A DNA stretch of 64,000 nt from Clostridia bacterium (lineage in GTDB: Bacteria; Bacillota; Clostridia; TANB77; CAG-508). The stretch is from the NCBI GenBank assembly GCA_017404025.1, contig JAFRDD010000141.1, forward strand, positions 19,243-83,242, read 5' to 3'. The position numbers and the translations under genes are program-made. Positions within the stretch are counted from its first letter, which is position 1. Every line of letters starts with the position of its first letter. The notes under the pieces were generated by a model, which was not told the DNA's origin, ran no database searches, and saw only the letters and a program-made list of their open reading frames with translations. Below are positions 9,353-20,254 of the stretch, piece after piece.

Positions 9353-10383
9353 TATAAATCTAAATTAAGTATGGGAATACATTGTAAAATAATAAAAGTA
9401 TATAAAGCAGAAACCAGTCCTTGTAATATTTTTCCATAAATATAAGGTTTTATAGACAAATCTGTTTTAGAAACAATACTAAATACTTGTAATAGTATAG
9501 AAATTCCACCAAATCCAAGTAGCAAAGATGTTAAAATTAAATTAATAGAGATTTTCTTTATCTGAATTGTAGAAATCTGTTTAATTCCATTAGTTATTTC
9601 TAATAATCCAGTTAATAAACCATTTATAAAACTAATATCAATGTTTAGTAAATTAAAAATCGGTTCCAAAATAATAGATAAAAAGTTAAATATATTACTA
9701 TTATTTAAAATAGAAATTATGCTAGAAAAAATAACAATAAAGCCACCAATCAACATTATTGTAGATGTGGCTTGTTTTATGCTTTCTGACAAAACCTCAC
9801 CTAAATTTGAAAATTTCACAAATTTTGTATTTGTTGTTTTAAATATTTTATAAGAATTATTAGATGAATTTTTGTGCCAAAACCTAAAAATAAAACCAAC
9901 AGTAATAGAAGCTAGCAAATGAGATATAAATAAAATTAAACCAATTTGAGAACTACCAAACATGCTAATTCCAACTGTACCAATGATAAATAAGGGACCA
10001 GAATTATTTGTAAAACTTAATAATCTTTCACATTCTTCTTTAGAACAAGTATTGCTTTTTCTAAATTCACAAGCAATTTTAGCACCAATAGGATATCCGC
10101 TAATAATTCCCATCAAAAAAGCAAAACAGCCAGCACCTCTAACATTAAATATTGGCTCAATAAATTTGTTCAAATACTTTTGAAAAAAATAAATGATATT
10201 AGTATGCATTAAAAGTTCTGTTGCTACAAAAAATGGAAACAAAGAAGGAATGACAGAGTTAGCCCATAAAGATAAGCCAGATTTAACAGCTTGTAAATTA
10301 GATTTAGAAAATATAAGTAAACAAATGGTAAATAACAAAAATAAAATAGGTAAAAAATTTTTTCTTAATTTTGAAATTGGCAT
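9352..10383 (-). CDS. Polytopic membrane protein, YlbJ-like sporulation integral membrane protein (nucleoside-recognition/Gate-domain type)
   Basis: 343 aa with about 9 hydrophobic segments. Motifs resemble YlbJ. Assignment is from memory only. Confidence 0.4.
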   Translation of the reverse strand: MPISKLRKNFLPILFLLFTICLLIFSKSNLQAVKSGLSLWANSVIPSLFPFFVATELLMHTNIIYFFQKYLNKFIEPIFNVRGAGCFAFLMGIISGYPIGAKIACEFRKSNTCSKEECERLLSFTNNSGPLFIIGTVGISMFGSSQIGLILFISHLLASITVGFIFRFWHKNSSNNSYKIFKTTNTKFVKFSNLGEVLSESIKQATSTIMLIGGFIVIFSSIISILNNSNIFNFLSIILEPIFNLLNIDISFINGLLTGLLEITNGIKQISTIQIKKISINLILTSLLLGFGGISILLQVFSIVSKTDLSIKPYIYGKILQGLVSALYTFIILQCIPILNLDL

Positions 10384-10483
10384 AATATTACCTCCTAAAT
10401 AAATATATTAAGGAAATTGTTGCAAAATGCAAAATTAACTGATATAATAACCGAGTGTAAGAGAAAGGAAAGGAAGAAACAAT

Positions 10484-12193
10484 ATGGTCAATTTTAAAGA
10501 AGAAATAGCAAAAGAAATAGCAAATAGTGTGAATTTGAATTGGACTGATTTAGAAACATATATAGAAATTCCCAAAAATCTAGACAATGGTGACTATTCA
10601 TTTCCGGTTTTTAAATTAGCAAAGGAATTAAAAAAAGCACCACAAATAATTGCAAATGAGATAAAACAAACAATAAAAATAAATGAGGATATAATAAAAA
10701 AAGTAGATATAGTAGGCGGATATTTAAATTTTTATATAAATAAAGATATAATAACAAAGCAAGTATTAGAAACAATAGAAAATAATCCTAAATTTATAAA
10801 CAGTCAAATTGGAAAAGGCAAAACAGTTTTAGTAGAATATTCATCACCAAACATAGCTAAACCTTTCCATATTGGACATTTAAAAACAACAGTAATAGGA
10901 GGAGCTTTATACAATATTTATAAAGCATTAGGATACAATACTGTAGGAATAAATTATTTAGGAGATTATGGAACACAGTTTGGAAAATTAATAGAAGGAT
11001 ATAAATTATTTGGCAATGAATATGATTTGACTGAAGATGCAATAGATAAGTTGGCAGACATTTATATGAGAATAAATAATTTATGTAAAGAAGATGAATC
11101 AGTATTAAATAATGCAAGAGAAAATTTTAAATTACTTGAACAAGGTGACGAATACTGTGTTAAATTATGGAAAGAATTTAAGGAGTTAAGTTTAAAAGAA
11201 TTTCAAAAAATATATGATTTACTAGGTAGCAAATTTGATTTTATTACAGGTGAAGCTTTTTTCGCTACAAAAACTGAAGAGGTAGTAGATATTTTAAAAA
11301 GTAAAGGAAAATTAGTTAAATCAGAAGGAGCAATGGTTGTTGATTTAGCAGATAAAGGAATAGATACACCATGTATAATATTAAAATCAGATGGCTCAAC
11401 AATCTATGCAACAAGAGATTTAGCTTCTATATTGTATAGAGCAAGAACATATAATTATGACAAAAGTATATATATTACTTCTTATGAACAAAATTTACAT
11501 TTTAAGCAAATATTTGAAGTAGCCAAATTATTAGGATTAGATGAAAAATATACAGATGGCTTAGAACATGTACCTTATGGATTCGTAAGACTTCCAACAG
11601 GTAAAATGTCTACAAGACTTGGAAACTTTGTAAAAGTAGAAACATTGCTAAATGATACAATAGAACAAGCTTATAAAATAATCGAAGAAAAAAATCCAGA
11701 TTTAGAAGATAAACAAGAAGTTGCAAAAAAAGTTGGAATTGGAGCAGTTATATTTAATGACTTAGCAACAAGCAGAATAAAGGACGAAATATTTGATATA
11801 AATGAAATGTTAAATTTTCAAGGAGAAACAGGCCCATATATTCAATATACATATGTAAGAACAAAAAGTGTTATTGAAAAGGTAGATGCAATTCCTAAAT
11901 TTAAAGACATAAAAATTGAAAAGCTAAATGATGAATACTCACAAAAAATAATAAAATTATTATATAATTTTGAGAATACTTTAATACAAGTAACAGAAAA
12001 AAATGAGCCTTCAATATTAGCAAGATTTTTGATAGATTTATCAAAAGCATATAGTTCTTTTTATAATGAAAATAAAATTATAGTAGAAGATGAAGAAATA
12101 AGAAATGCAAGAATATACTTAACAATTGCAGTAGGAAAAATATTAAAACAAGGGGCAGAGTTATTAGGAATACAAATGCCAAATAAGATGTAA
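10484..12193 (+). CDS. argS: Arginine--tRNA ligase
   Basis: 569 aa. Class I HIGH motif (SPNIAKPFHIGHLKT). DALR anticodon-binding C-terminus ending ...IQMPNKM. Confidence 0.95.
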   Translation: MVNFKEEIAKEIANSVNLNWTDLETYIEIPKNLDNGDYSFPVFKLAKELKKAPQIIANEIKQTIKINEDIIKKVDIVGGYLNFYINKDIITKQVLETIENNPKFINSQIGKGKTVLVEYSSPNIAKPFHIGHLKTTVIGGALYNIYKALGYNTVGINYLGDYGTQFGKLIEGYKLFGNEYDLTEDAIDKLADIYMRINNLCKEDESVLNNARENFKLLEQGDEYCVKLWKEFKELSLKEFQKIYDLLGSKFDFITGEAFFATKTEEVVDILKSKGKLVKSEGAMVVDLADKGIDTPCIILKSDGSTIYATRDLASILYRARTYNYDKSIYITSYEQNLHFKQIFEVAKLLGLDEKYTDGLEHVPYGFVRLPTGKMSTRLGNFVKVETLLNDTIEQAYKIIEEKNPDLEDKQEVAKKVGIGAVIFNDLATSRIKDEIFDINEMLNFQGETGPYIQYTYVRTKSVIEKVDAIPKFKDIKIEKLNDEYSQKIIKLLYNFENTLIQVTEKNEPSILARFLIDLSKAYSSFYNENKIIVEDEEIRNARIYLTIAVGKILKQGAELLGIQMPNKM

Positions 12194-12220
12194 AAATAAA
12201 AATACTAAGGAGATAAAAAA

Positions 12221-13012
12221 ATGATAGACTTTCATTCACATATATTACCAAACATAGATGATGGAGCTAGAAGTATAGAGGAAACATACAATATGATAAA
12301 AGAAGCGGAAAAAGCAGGATTTGATACAATATTATTAACACCACATTATATTGAAAATTATTATGAGACCAGTATTGAAGAAACAGAAATATGGCTAGAT
12401 GTAGTATTACAAAATTTACAACAAAAATATGTACAAACAGATTTATTATTAGCAAGTGAAATATTCATCTCTGACAATATTATGAATCTTTTAATAGATG
12501 GAAAAGCTTCAACAATCAACAATACAAGTTATGTATTATTAGAATTGCCATTAGATGTTGAACCAGAGAACTTATATAATATAATTTCAGAAATGAAACA
12601 AAATAAATTAGTGCCAGTAATTTCTCATCCAGAAAGATATTTATATGTTCAAAAAGAACCAGATTTAGTATATGACTTAATAGAAAAAGGCGTTTTAATG
12701 CAGATGAATTATGGAAGTATAATTGGTCAATATGGTAAAAAAGCAGAGTTACTAGCAGAAAAATTATTAGAAAATAATATGATACATTTTTTAGGAACAA
12801 ATGCCCATAGAGAACATACAATATATGAAAGAATACCCAATATTCTTGAAATATTAAAAGAAAAAATAGGGGAAACTAGACTTGAAGAACTTACAACGAT
12901 AAACCCTAATTTAGCAATACATAATAAAAGAATAGATATTAGAAAGCCAATTAGATTTGAGCTTACAAAACAGGAAAAAGTTAAAATGTTTTTTTCTGGA
13001 TTTAGAAAATAA
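12221..13012 (+). CDS. PHP-domain tyrosine-protein phosphatase (CpsB/YwqE family)
   Basis: N-terminal MIDFHSHILPNIDDGA plus LLTPHY metal-binding motifs. Confidence 0.8.
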   Translation: MIDFHSHILPNIDDGARSIEETYNMIKEAEKAGFDTILLTPHYIENYYETSIEETEIWLDVVLQNLQQKYVQTDLLLASEIFISDNIMNLLIDGKASTINNTSYVLLELPLDVEPENLYNIISEMKQNKLVPVISHPERYLYVQKEPDLVYDLIEKGVLMQMNYGSIIGQYGKKAELLAEKLLENNMIHFLGTNAHREHTIYERIPNILEILKEKIGETRLEELTTINPNLAIHNKRIDIRKPIRFELTKQEKVKMFFSGFRK

Positions 13013-13033
13013 AAAAGAAGGGATATGTAATTT

Positions 13034-14398
13034 ATGAGAAAATATTTTGGAACCGATGGAATAAGAAGAATAGCAAATACAGAACTTTCACCAGAATTAG
13101 TATATAAAGTAGCAAAAGCAGGAGCATATGTTTTATCAAAGCATACAGATCATGCACCTACAATATTAATTGGTAGAGACACACGTATTTCTGGAACATT
13201 AATAGAAAGTGCAATGGTAGCAGGATTTTTGAGTTATGGAGCAAATGTAAAATTGCTTGGTGTAATTCCTACTCCTGCAGTTGCATATTTAACAAGAAAA
13301 TTAAATGCAGATGCAAGTGTTGTTATCTCTGCATCACATAATACATTTGAATTTAATGGCATAAAATATTTTAGCAATAAAGGTATGAAAATATCTGATG
13401 AATTAGAAGAAGAAATAGAAGAAGTTATGGAATCAGGAAAACTAGATGAATTAACTGCTGTAAATGAAAAAATAGGTGTGTCAGAATATGCTTTAGATTT
13501 ATTAGATGAATATGTATATTTCTTTAGAAAGAATTTTGATGACAATATTGAAAAATATAATAGAAATGATTTTGTTGTTGGAATAGATACTGCAAATGGC
13601 GCTACATCAGTAGTTGCTGAAAAAGTATTTAAAGCATTAGGAATCAAATATAAAATTATTAACAATGCTCCAGATGGAATAAATATAAATAACAATTGTG
13701 GATCAACTCATCTAGAAGTTTTAAAGAAATATGTAATAGAAAATAAATTGAGCTTAGGCGTAGCATTTGACGGCGATGGAGATAGATGTTTAGCAATTGA
13801 TGAAACAGGAAACATTATTGATGGAGATAAGATATTAGCTATTCTTTCTAAATACCTAGAAGAAAAGGGAAAACTAAAAAATAATGCATTAGTTGCAACT
13901 GTTATGAGCAATTTAGGTTTAAATAAATATTCTGAAAAAGCAGGTTTAAATTTTGTTCAAACAAAAGTAGGAGACAGATATGTATTAGAAGAAATGTTAA
14001 AAAGTGATTATAATTTAGGAGGAGAACAATCAGGACACGTTATTTTATTAGATTATAATCCAACAGGAGATGGTATACTTACATCATTGATGTTAATACA
14101 AGCTATATTAGAAACAGGGAAAAAGGCTTCTGAAGTTGCAAGTATAATAAAATTATATCCACAAGTACTGATAAATGCAAAAGTTAATTCAGATAAAAAA
14201 TATGATTATAAAGAAAATGAAAGAATAAGAAAAGCGATAGAAGACTTAGAAAAAGAATTCGAAGGAAATGGAAGGGTATTAATAAGACCATCAGGAACAG
14301 AACCATTAGTTAGGGTTATGATAGAAGGAGAAAATCAAGAATATATAACAAAAAAAGCACAGGAAATAGCAGATTTAATAGAAAATGAATTAAAATAA
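13034..14398 (+). CDS. glmM: Phosphoglucosamine mutase
   Basis: 454 aa. Active-site SASHNT(P) serine loop. GVAFDGDGDR metal loop. Confidence 0.9.
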   Translation: MRKYFGTDGIRRIANTELSPELVYKVAKAGAYVLSKHTDHAPTILIGRDTRISGTLIESAMVAGFLSYGANVKLLGVIPTPAVAYLTRKLNADASVVISASHNTFEFNGIKYFSNKGMKISDELEEEIEEVMESGKLDELTAVNEKIGVSEYALDLLDEYVYFFRKNFDDNIEKYNRNDFVVGIDTANGATSVVAEKVFKALGIKYKIINNAPDGININNNCGSTHLEVLKKYVIENKLSLGVAFDGDGDRCLAIDETGNIIDGDKILAILSKYLEEKGKLKNNALVATVMSNLGLNKYSEKAGLNFVQTKVGDRYVLEEMLKSDYNLGGEQSGHVILLDYNPTGDGILTSLMLIQAILETGKKASEVASIIKLYPQVLINAKVNSDKKYDYKENERIRKAIEDLEKEFEGNGRVLIRPSGTEPLVRVMIEGENQEYITKKAQEIADLIENELK

Positions 14399-14512
14399 TT
14401 TTCAACAGGGACGGTCCTTTTTGAAAAATTTCAAAATTTTCAACAGGGACGGTCCTTTTTGAAAAATTTCAAAATTTTCAACAGGGACGGTCCTTTTTGA
14501 AAATTTTTTATT
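14399..14512 (+). repeat. Three tandem 38-bp copies of the dispersed hairpin repeat (TTCAACAGGGACGGTCCTTTTTGAAAAATTTCAAAATT) immediately 3' of glmM
   Basis: Identical units start at 14401, 14439 and 14477. Each holds the imperfect palindrome TTTTCAAcagGGAC-G-GTCCtttTTGAAAA. Confidence 0.9.
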
Positions 14513-14609
14513 TTAAATACCTAAGAAAAGAAATTTAAAATAAAACATAGTAATAATTTTAATATAGTTGAATATACATATATAAGGGCTATTGGACAAG
14601 GAGATATAT

Positions 14610-15752
14610 ATGTTTAATGTAACTGTATTAAAATTAAAAGATATAATAAAATTCGCTATAGAAGCTATAATTGTTATAGTTATTATTTTAATATGTTCAA
14701 AAATTTATAATAAAAATTTTAAAGGAGTAATGAAAGATTCTATACACGTAATGTCTGTAGTAGATACAGATGAAGAGAATAATCAAAGTACTCAAATAGA
14801 AGAATTTAAAACCGCTAAATATTTTGAAAAATTTATAGATACAGGATTAAGTTCAACTAAAATTATTAATAAAAATGAAAATGTAGAATTAAGCAAAAAA
14901 GAAAATAATAATGAATTGGTAGAAAATATAGAAGAAAATATAGAAGAAAATGGAGAAACAGTACCTGTTGAACAAACTGAGATATCTGAAAATTTAAAAA
15001 CTGAAGTAGTAACAGAAAATCCACTAAAATTAGTCTATAATGCAGAATTTAAAAATGTTAAAATAAAAAATGAAACATCCTATGAATTGGGAGAAGATGT
15101 ATTAAATCCAGACGTAAAAATAGAAAACAAAAACATAATATTATTCCATACACATACATGTGAAAGTTACACATCAAGCGAAAAATACCCTTATACTCCA
15201 ACAGGGACTTTTAGAACAACAGATTTGAATTTTAGTGTCGCAAGAGTGGGAGATGAGCTTGAAAATAATTTGAAACAATATGGATTTAATGTAATACATA
15301 ATAAAACATATCACGATTACCCATCTTATAATGGGTCTTATACACGTTCTTTAGAAACGGTAACAAACATTTTAAAAGATAATCCTTCTCAAATTGTATG
15401 GGATGTTCATAGAGATGCAATAGGAAGTAGAAGTGATTATGCTCCAACAGTAAAAATTGGAGATGATGATTATGCTGCACAAATTATGTTTGTAATAGGA
15501 ACAAATGAAGGAGGTCTTTGGCACCCGAATTGGCAACAAAATTTGAAATTTGCTGTAAAAGTACAACAGAAAGCTGAAGAAATGTATCCAGGACTATTTA
15601 AACCAATGCTTGTTACCAAATCTAGATATAATCAACATTCGGCAAAATATGCTGGAATAATAGAGGTTGGAGCTACAGGTAATACTTTAGAACAATGTCT
15701 AACAAGTATGAAATATCTTGCAAAAGTTATGGATGAAGTATTGAAAAATTAA
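14610..15752 (+). CDS. spoIIP: Stage II sporulation protein P (SpoIIP, LytC-like amidase)
   Basis: ILFHTHTCESY and VWDVHRDA motifs. N-terminal membrane anchor. RBS aaggagat before ATG 14610. Confidence 0.8.
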   Translation: MFNVTVLKLKDIIKFAIEAIIVIVIILICSKIYNKNFKGVMKDSIHVMSVVDTDEENNQSTQIEEFKTAKYFEKFIDTGLSSTKIINKNENVELSKKENNNELVENIEENIEENGETVPVEQTEISENLKTEVVTENPLKLVYNAEFKNVKIKNETSYELGEDVLNPDVKIENKNIILFHTHTCESYTSSEKYPYTPTGTFRTTDLNFSVARVGDELENNLKQYGFNVIHNKTYHDYPSYNGSYTRSLETVTNILKDNPSQIVWDVHRDAIGSRSDYAPTVKIGDDDYAAQIMFVIGTNEGGLWHPNWQQNLKFAVKVQQKAEEMYPGLFKPMLVTKSRYNQHSAKYAGIIEVGATGNTLEQCLTSMKYLAKVMDEVLKN

Positions 15753-15803
15753 AATATTTCTTATATAATAACAAAAAATCTAAAGAAGAAAAGAGGTATT
15801 TAT

Positions 15804-17111
15804 ATGGCAAATTTAAAAGTTGATTTTAAAAATTGTGGCATCGAACAAAAAAACATTTTAGAATATAAATCAAAAGTTGAAAAAATCCATAAACAATTAC
15901 ATAAAAGAGCAAATGATGAAAAGGATTTTGTCGGTTGGTTAGAATTACCCGTAAAGTATGATATAAAAGAATTTGAAAGAATAAAAAAAGCAGCAAAGAA
16001 AATTAAAAAAGAATCAGATATATTAGTTGTTATAGGAATTGGAGGGTCATACTTAGGAGCAAGAGCTGTTATAGAAGCATTAACTAGTTCTTTTTATAAT
16101 ATGCTTCCTAATAAACAACGAAAATATCCACAGATATTATATGCAGGAAATAATTTAAGTCCTAACTATATAAATGAATTAATAGAATATATTGGAAACA
16201 AAGATTTTTCTATAAATGTTATATCAAAATCAGGAACAACAACAGAGCCAGCAATTGCATTTAGAATTTTTAGAGAAATTTTAGAAAACAAATATGGAAT
16301 AGATGAAGCAAGAAGTAGAATATATGTAACTACAGATAAAGAAAAAGGAGCATTAAAAACTTTAGCAGACAATGAAGGATATGAAAGATTTGTAATACCT
16401 GACAATGTAGGGGGCAGATATTCTGTATTTACAGCGGTAGGACTACTTCCGATCGCAACAAGTGGAATAGATATAGAAAAACTAATGCAAGGTGCAAGGT
16501 TAGCACAAGAAAGATATGATGACCCTGATTTAAAATATAATGAATGTTATCAATATGCTGTAGTAAGAAATATATTGTATAAATTATATAAAAATACAGA
16601 GTTATTAGTAAATTATGAACCTAAGATGCACTTTTTTTCAGAATGGTGGAAACAACTTTTTGGTGAAAGCGAAGGAAAAGAACAAAAAGGAATTTTCCCA
16701 GCAAGTGTAGATTTTACAACGGATTTACATTCAATGGGACAATATATACAAGAAGGCAGAAGAAATTTATTTGAAACAGTTTTATGTGTTAAAAATCCAA
16801 AATCAAATATTACAATAAATAGTGATGAAGATAATCTAGATGGATTAAATTATTTATCAGGAAAAGACTTGGATTTTGTAAATAAAAAAGCTATGGAAGG
16901 AACAGTCAAAGCACATGTTTCTGGAGATGTACCTAATATTTTGATAAATATAGAAGAATTAAATGAAGAAAATATAGGAGAATTAATATATTTCTTTGAA
17001 AAAGCATGTGCTGTATCTGGACTTTTACTAAATGTAAATCCTTTTGATCAGCCAGGAGTTGAATATTATAAGAAAAACATGTTCAAGTTGTTGAAAAAAC
17101 CAGGATATTAA
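15804..17111 (+). CDS. pgi: Glucose-6-phosphate isomerase (short Firmicute form)
   Basis: 435 aa. [14 protein letters not shown] and [16 protein letters not shown] signature motifs. Confidence 0.9.
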   Translation: MANLKVDFKNCGIEQKNILEYKSKVEKIHKQLHKRANDEKDFVGWLELPVKYDIKEFERIKKAAKKIKKESDILVVIGIGGSYLGARAVIEALTSSFYNMLPNKQRKYPQILYAGNNLSPNYINELIEYIGNKDFSINVISKSGTTTEPAIAFRIFREILENKYGIDEARSRIYVTTDKEKGALKTLADNEGYERFVIPDNVGGRYSVFTAVGLLPIATSGIDIEKLMQGARLAQERYDDPDLKYNECYQYAVVRNILYKLYKNTELLVNYEPKMHFFSEWWKQLFGESEGKEQKGIFPASVDFTTDLHSMGQYIQEGRRNLFETVLCVKNPKSNITINSDEDNLDGLNYLSGKDLDFVNKKAMEGTVKAHVSGDVPNILINIEELNEENIGELIYFFEKACAVSGLLLNVNPFDQPGVEYYKKNMFKLLKKPGY

Positions 17112-17193
17112 ATAAAATATGAAAGGTGTACAAACTACACCTTTTAAATTTTTATTATATTATCATATAGAAATTATTTGTAGGAGAAATGAA

Positions 17194-17925
17194 ATGATAT
17201 TTAAAGAAGAATTTAAAATAGAATTAGAAGATATAGGAAAAGATAAATGTTTTTCGAATAAAGCATTACTAAAATATTTAGAAAATATAGGTGCAGATCA
17301 TTCAAGCCAAGCAGGTTATGGAATTTTAGACATGGAGAGAACAAAAGTATCTTGGATTTTGCTAGATTGGAAAGTAAGGATTTTTAAAAGAGAAAAATAT
17401 TCTAAAACCATAAAAATAAATACATGGTCAAGAGGTTCAAAAAGAATATATTCGTATAGAGACTTTGAAGTATTTGATGAGAATAATAATAAAATAGCAA
17501 TAGCAACATCAAGATGGGCACTTATAAATATAGACACTGGCAAAATTGAAAGAATAAGTGAAGATATAACTGAAAAATATTATCCAGAAAATGAATTTGT
17601 ATTTGAAGAAGCAGAATTAGAAAAAAGGAAAGAACCAGAAGAATTTGTTAACACAATAAAATATACTGTTAATAGATCAGACATAGATATTAATAATCAT
17701 ATGCATAATTTAAATTACTTAGATTTAGCATATGAAGCATTGCCACAAGAAATATACGAAAAGGATGAATTTAATAATATAAGAATAACATACAAAAAAG
17801 AAATTAAATTAGGAGAAACAGTCAAATGCAAATATACATTCGACAAAAAACAAAATGATAAGCATATAGTTGCAATAACAAGTGAAGACGATTCAAAAAT
17901 TCATGCTATTATTGAAGTCTATTAG
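17194..17925 (+). CDS. Acyl-ACP thioesterase (FatA/B-like hotdog)
   Basis: Double hotdog pattern. SQAGYGILDMERTKVSWILLDWKV and NNHMHNLNYLDLA motifs. RBS aggagaaatgaa. Confidence 0.65.
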   Translation: MIFKEEFKIELEDIGKDKCFSNKALLKYLENIGADHSSQAGYGILDMERTKVSWILLDWKVRIFKREKYSKTIKINTWSRGSKRIYSYRDFEVFDENNNKIAIATSRWALINIDTGKIERISEDITEKYYPENEFVFEEAELEKRKEPEEFVNTIKYTVNRSDIDINNHMHNLNYLDLAYEALPQEIYEKDEFNNIRITYKKEIKLGETVKCKYTFDKKQNDKHIVAITSEDDSKIHAIIEVY

Positions 17926-17929
17926 AAAA

Positions 17930-17987
17930 TTTTCAAAAAGGACCGTCCCTCTTGAAAATTTTCAACAGGGACGGTCCTTTTTGAAAA
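17930..17987. repeat. Head-to-head pair of the dispersed 29-bp hairpin repeat, forming a 58-bp near-perfect palindrome 3' of the thioesterase gene
   Basis: ttttcaaaaaggaccgtccctcttgaaaa followed by ttttcaacagggacggtcctttttgaaaa. Confidence 0.85.
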
Positions 17988-18063
17988 TTTTTGCTAAAAA
18001 TGGTTGAAAAATAAATAAAATATGATATAATATTTTTTGTCTAAAAAAGGGAGGAATATAGAA

Positions 18064-19500
18064 ATGAAAAAAAATTTAAGAAAAACAAAAATAGTAGGCA
18101 CAATAGGACCTGCAAGTGAACACAGATTAAAAGAATTATTTGAGGCAGGATTAAATGTTACAAGAATCAACTATTCACATGGTAGTTGGGATGAACAAGG
18201 TGAAAAAACAGAAGAGATTATCAGATTAAGAAAAGAAATGGATATACCAGTAGCATTACTTCTTGATATGCAAGGACCTGAAATAAGAACAGGTATGTTG
18301 GTTACAGGAAAAAATGAAAAAATTAAATTAGAAGATGGACAAAAATTTACATTAGTAAACGAAGATATACTTGGAGATAAAGACAAGGTTTCTGTATCAT
18401 ATAAAGAATTATATAAAGATATAAAACCAGGATCTAAAGTTTTAATTGATGATGGTGCTATAGAATTAGTTGTAGATGAAATAGTAAATAAAGATATAGT
18501 TTGTACAGTAGTTCATGGTAATGGATTAGGAAGTAGAAAAACAATGAACTTACCAGGAACAGCAGTACGTTTACCAGCATTAAAAGATAAAGATATAGCA
18601 GATTTAAAAACAGCTTGTGAACATGACTATGATTTTGTTGCAATGTCATTCACAAGAGATAAAAATGATATTGCACAAGTTAGAAAAGTATTAGACGAAA
18701 ATGGTGGAAAAGATATTCAAATAATAACAAAAGTTGAAAATGTTGAAGGTCTTGAACACATGGAAGAGATAGTAGAAAATGCTGATGCTCAAATGATTGC
18801 ACGTGGTGATATGGCAACAGAAACAGATTTTACAGAACCACCAGTTATGCAAAAGAAATTTATAAAATTAAGCAATAGAGCTAACAAACCAGCAATAACA
18901 GCAACACAAATGTTAGAATCAATGACACATCAACCATTACCAACAAGAGCTGAAGCTAGTGACGTAGCAAATGCTATTTATGATAGAACAAGTGCAATTA
19001 TGCTTTCTGGAGAATGTGCAATGGGAGATTATCCAGTAGAATGTGTAAAAACAATGGTAAAAATAGCAAACAGAGTAGAACCAGAAATTAAATATTGGAA
19101 AAGATTTGAAATAAATGAAAATATAGATTTATCAAACGATGAAACAAAAATAGCATATTCTACATGTGTTACTGCTAAAAACTTAAATGCAGATGCAATT
19201 GTTTGTTATACTCATTCTGGAAACTCAGCAAGAACTTTAGCTGGATTAGGAGCTGGATGCCCAATATTAGCTGTTACAGATAAGAGAAGAACATTTAACC
19301 AATTAGCTTTAGCTTGGAATGTAACACCAGTTTTAGTAGAAGGAAAAGAAACAATTGATGAAACATTAAAAGCAGGAATTGAAAAATTAAAAGAAAAAGA
19401 AATTTTAGAAAAAGGAGACACAGTTGTTTTATCAGGTGGAGAAAGAGAATCAAAAAACGGATACGAAAATAAAACAATAGGTGGAATCGTAAGAATTTAA
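18064..19500 (+). CDS. pyk: Pyruvate kinase
   Basis: KIVGTIGPAS start. MIARGDMATE. The long ORF in the track begins at 18037, but the RBS gggagg favours 18064. Confidence 0.95.
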   Translation: MKKNLRKTKIVGTIGPASEHRLKELFEAGLNVTRINYSHGSWDEQGEKTEEIIRLRKEMDIPVALLLDMQGPEIRTGMLVTGKNEKIKLEDGQKFTLVNEDILGDKDKVSVSYKELYKDIKPGSKVLIDDGAIELVVDEIVNKDIVCTVVHGNGLGSRKTMNLPGTAVRLPALKDKDIADLKTACEHDYDFVAMSFTRDKNDIAQVRKVLDENGGKDIQIITKVENVEGLEHMEEIVENADAQMIARGDMATETDFTEPPVMQKKFIKLSNRANKPAITATQMLESMTHQPLPTRAEASDVANAIYDRTSAIMLSGECAMGDYPVECVKTMVKIANRVEPEIKYWKRFEINENIDLSNDETKIAYSTCVTAKNLNADAIVCYTHSGNSARTLAGLGAGCPILAVTDKRRTFNQLALAWNVTPVLVEGKETIDETLKAGIEKLKEKEILEKGDTVVLSGGERESKNGYENKTIGGIVRI

Positions 19501-19516
19501 TTTAACTAAATATTTT

Positions 19517-19551
19517 AAAAGTCATTGAAAAAATTCAATGACTTTTATTTT
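19517..19551 (+). terminator. Rho-independent terminator AAAAGTCATTGAAaaaaTTCAATGACTTTTATTTT
   Basis: 12-bp perfect stem plus T-run after pyk. Confidence 0.7.
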
Positions 19552-19613
19552 AGTTTTTTATGTACATTTTTATTTTTGTTTTCATAATATATATTATAAA
19601 AGGAGGAATAAAA

Positions 19614-19979
19614 ATGTTTGGTAGATATAAAAAATGTTACTGTATGAACAATAATATGGATAATTCTAATTGTGAAAATAATATGATTGAAAAACAATGT
19701 GATGATAATTGTTCATGTAAAGAAAATAGCTATAACAATAATTGCAGTTGTGGATTTGATGAAGAATATGGAGTATTTCCAGAAAACCCCAGCTTAGGTC
19801 AAAGTTATGTACCAATCCAATATATGGATAAAACTTTTAAACCATGTGTCGGATTAAAAATGGGAACTATATTTCCAGAATTAGTTAGCCCATATAGACC
19901 AGGTCAATCTATGGAAGAAATAGAATATTTAAGAATGACAAATAAAGTAGGAGAGGGGTGCAACAAATGCAGGAATTAG
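19614..19979 (+). CDS. cotJA: Spore coat-associated protein CotJA
   Basis: YVPIQY...GTIFPEL motif. RBS aaaggagg 6 nt upstream. First gene of the cotJ operon. Confidence 0.55.
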   Translation: MFGRYKKCYCMNNNMDNSNCENNMIEKQCDDNCSCKENSYNNNCSCGFDEEYGVFPENPSLGQSYVPIQYMDKTFKPCVGLKMGTIFPELVSPYRPGQSMEEIEYLRMTNKVGEGCNKCRN

Positions 19980-20254
19980 AAGAAAATAGAAGAGACTGTA
20001 ACAATGATAATACAAGAAAAGAAATGGCAGATAAAATAAAATGTTTAGACTTTGCAATTACTGAACTTGCTTTATATTTGGATACACATCCTGATGATGA
20101 AAAAGCATTATGTTTACACAATAGATATTGCAAAGAAGTAAAAGATTTAAAAGATAAATATCAGAAAGTATATGGCCCACTTACAATTAATTACCCATGT
20201 AATAAGTGGAGATGGATTGAAGAACCATGGCCATGGGAAAGGGGGAATTATTAA
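19958..20254 (+). CDS. cotJB: Spore coat protein CotJB
   Basis: LDTHPDDEKAL motif. Size and position between cotJA and cotJC fit. Confidence 0.7.
   Translation: MQQMQELEENRRDCNNDNTRKEMADKIKCLDFAITELALYLDTHPDDEKALCLHNRYCKEVKDLKDKYQKVYGPLTINYPCNKWRWIEEPWPWERGNY

Noticed and set aside
14399-14512. Possible CRISPR array (regularly spaced repeats)
   Set aside because: The repeats are directly abutting 38-bp units with no unique spacers, and no cas genes are nearby. The same unit recurs singly or as inverted pairs elsewhere. This is a REP-like hairpin family, not a CRISPR.
19560-19613. Longer cotJA start at 19560 (MYIFIFVFIIYIIKGGIK...) from the ORF track
   Set aside because: The upstream extension is a hydrophobic read-through of the AT-rich promoter region with no RBS. 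ATG 19614 has aaaggagg at optimal spacing.
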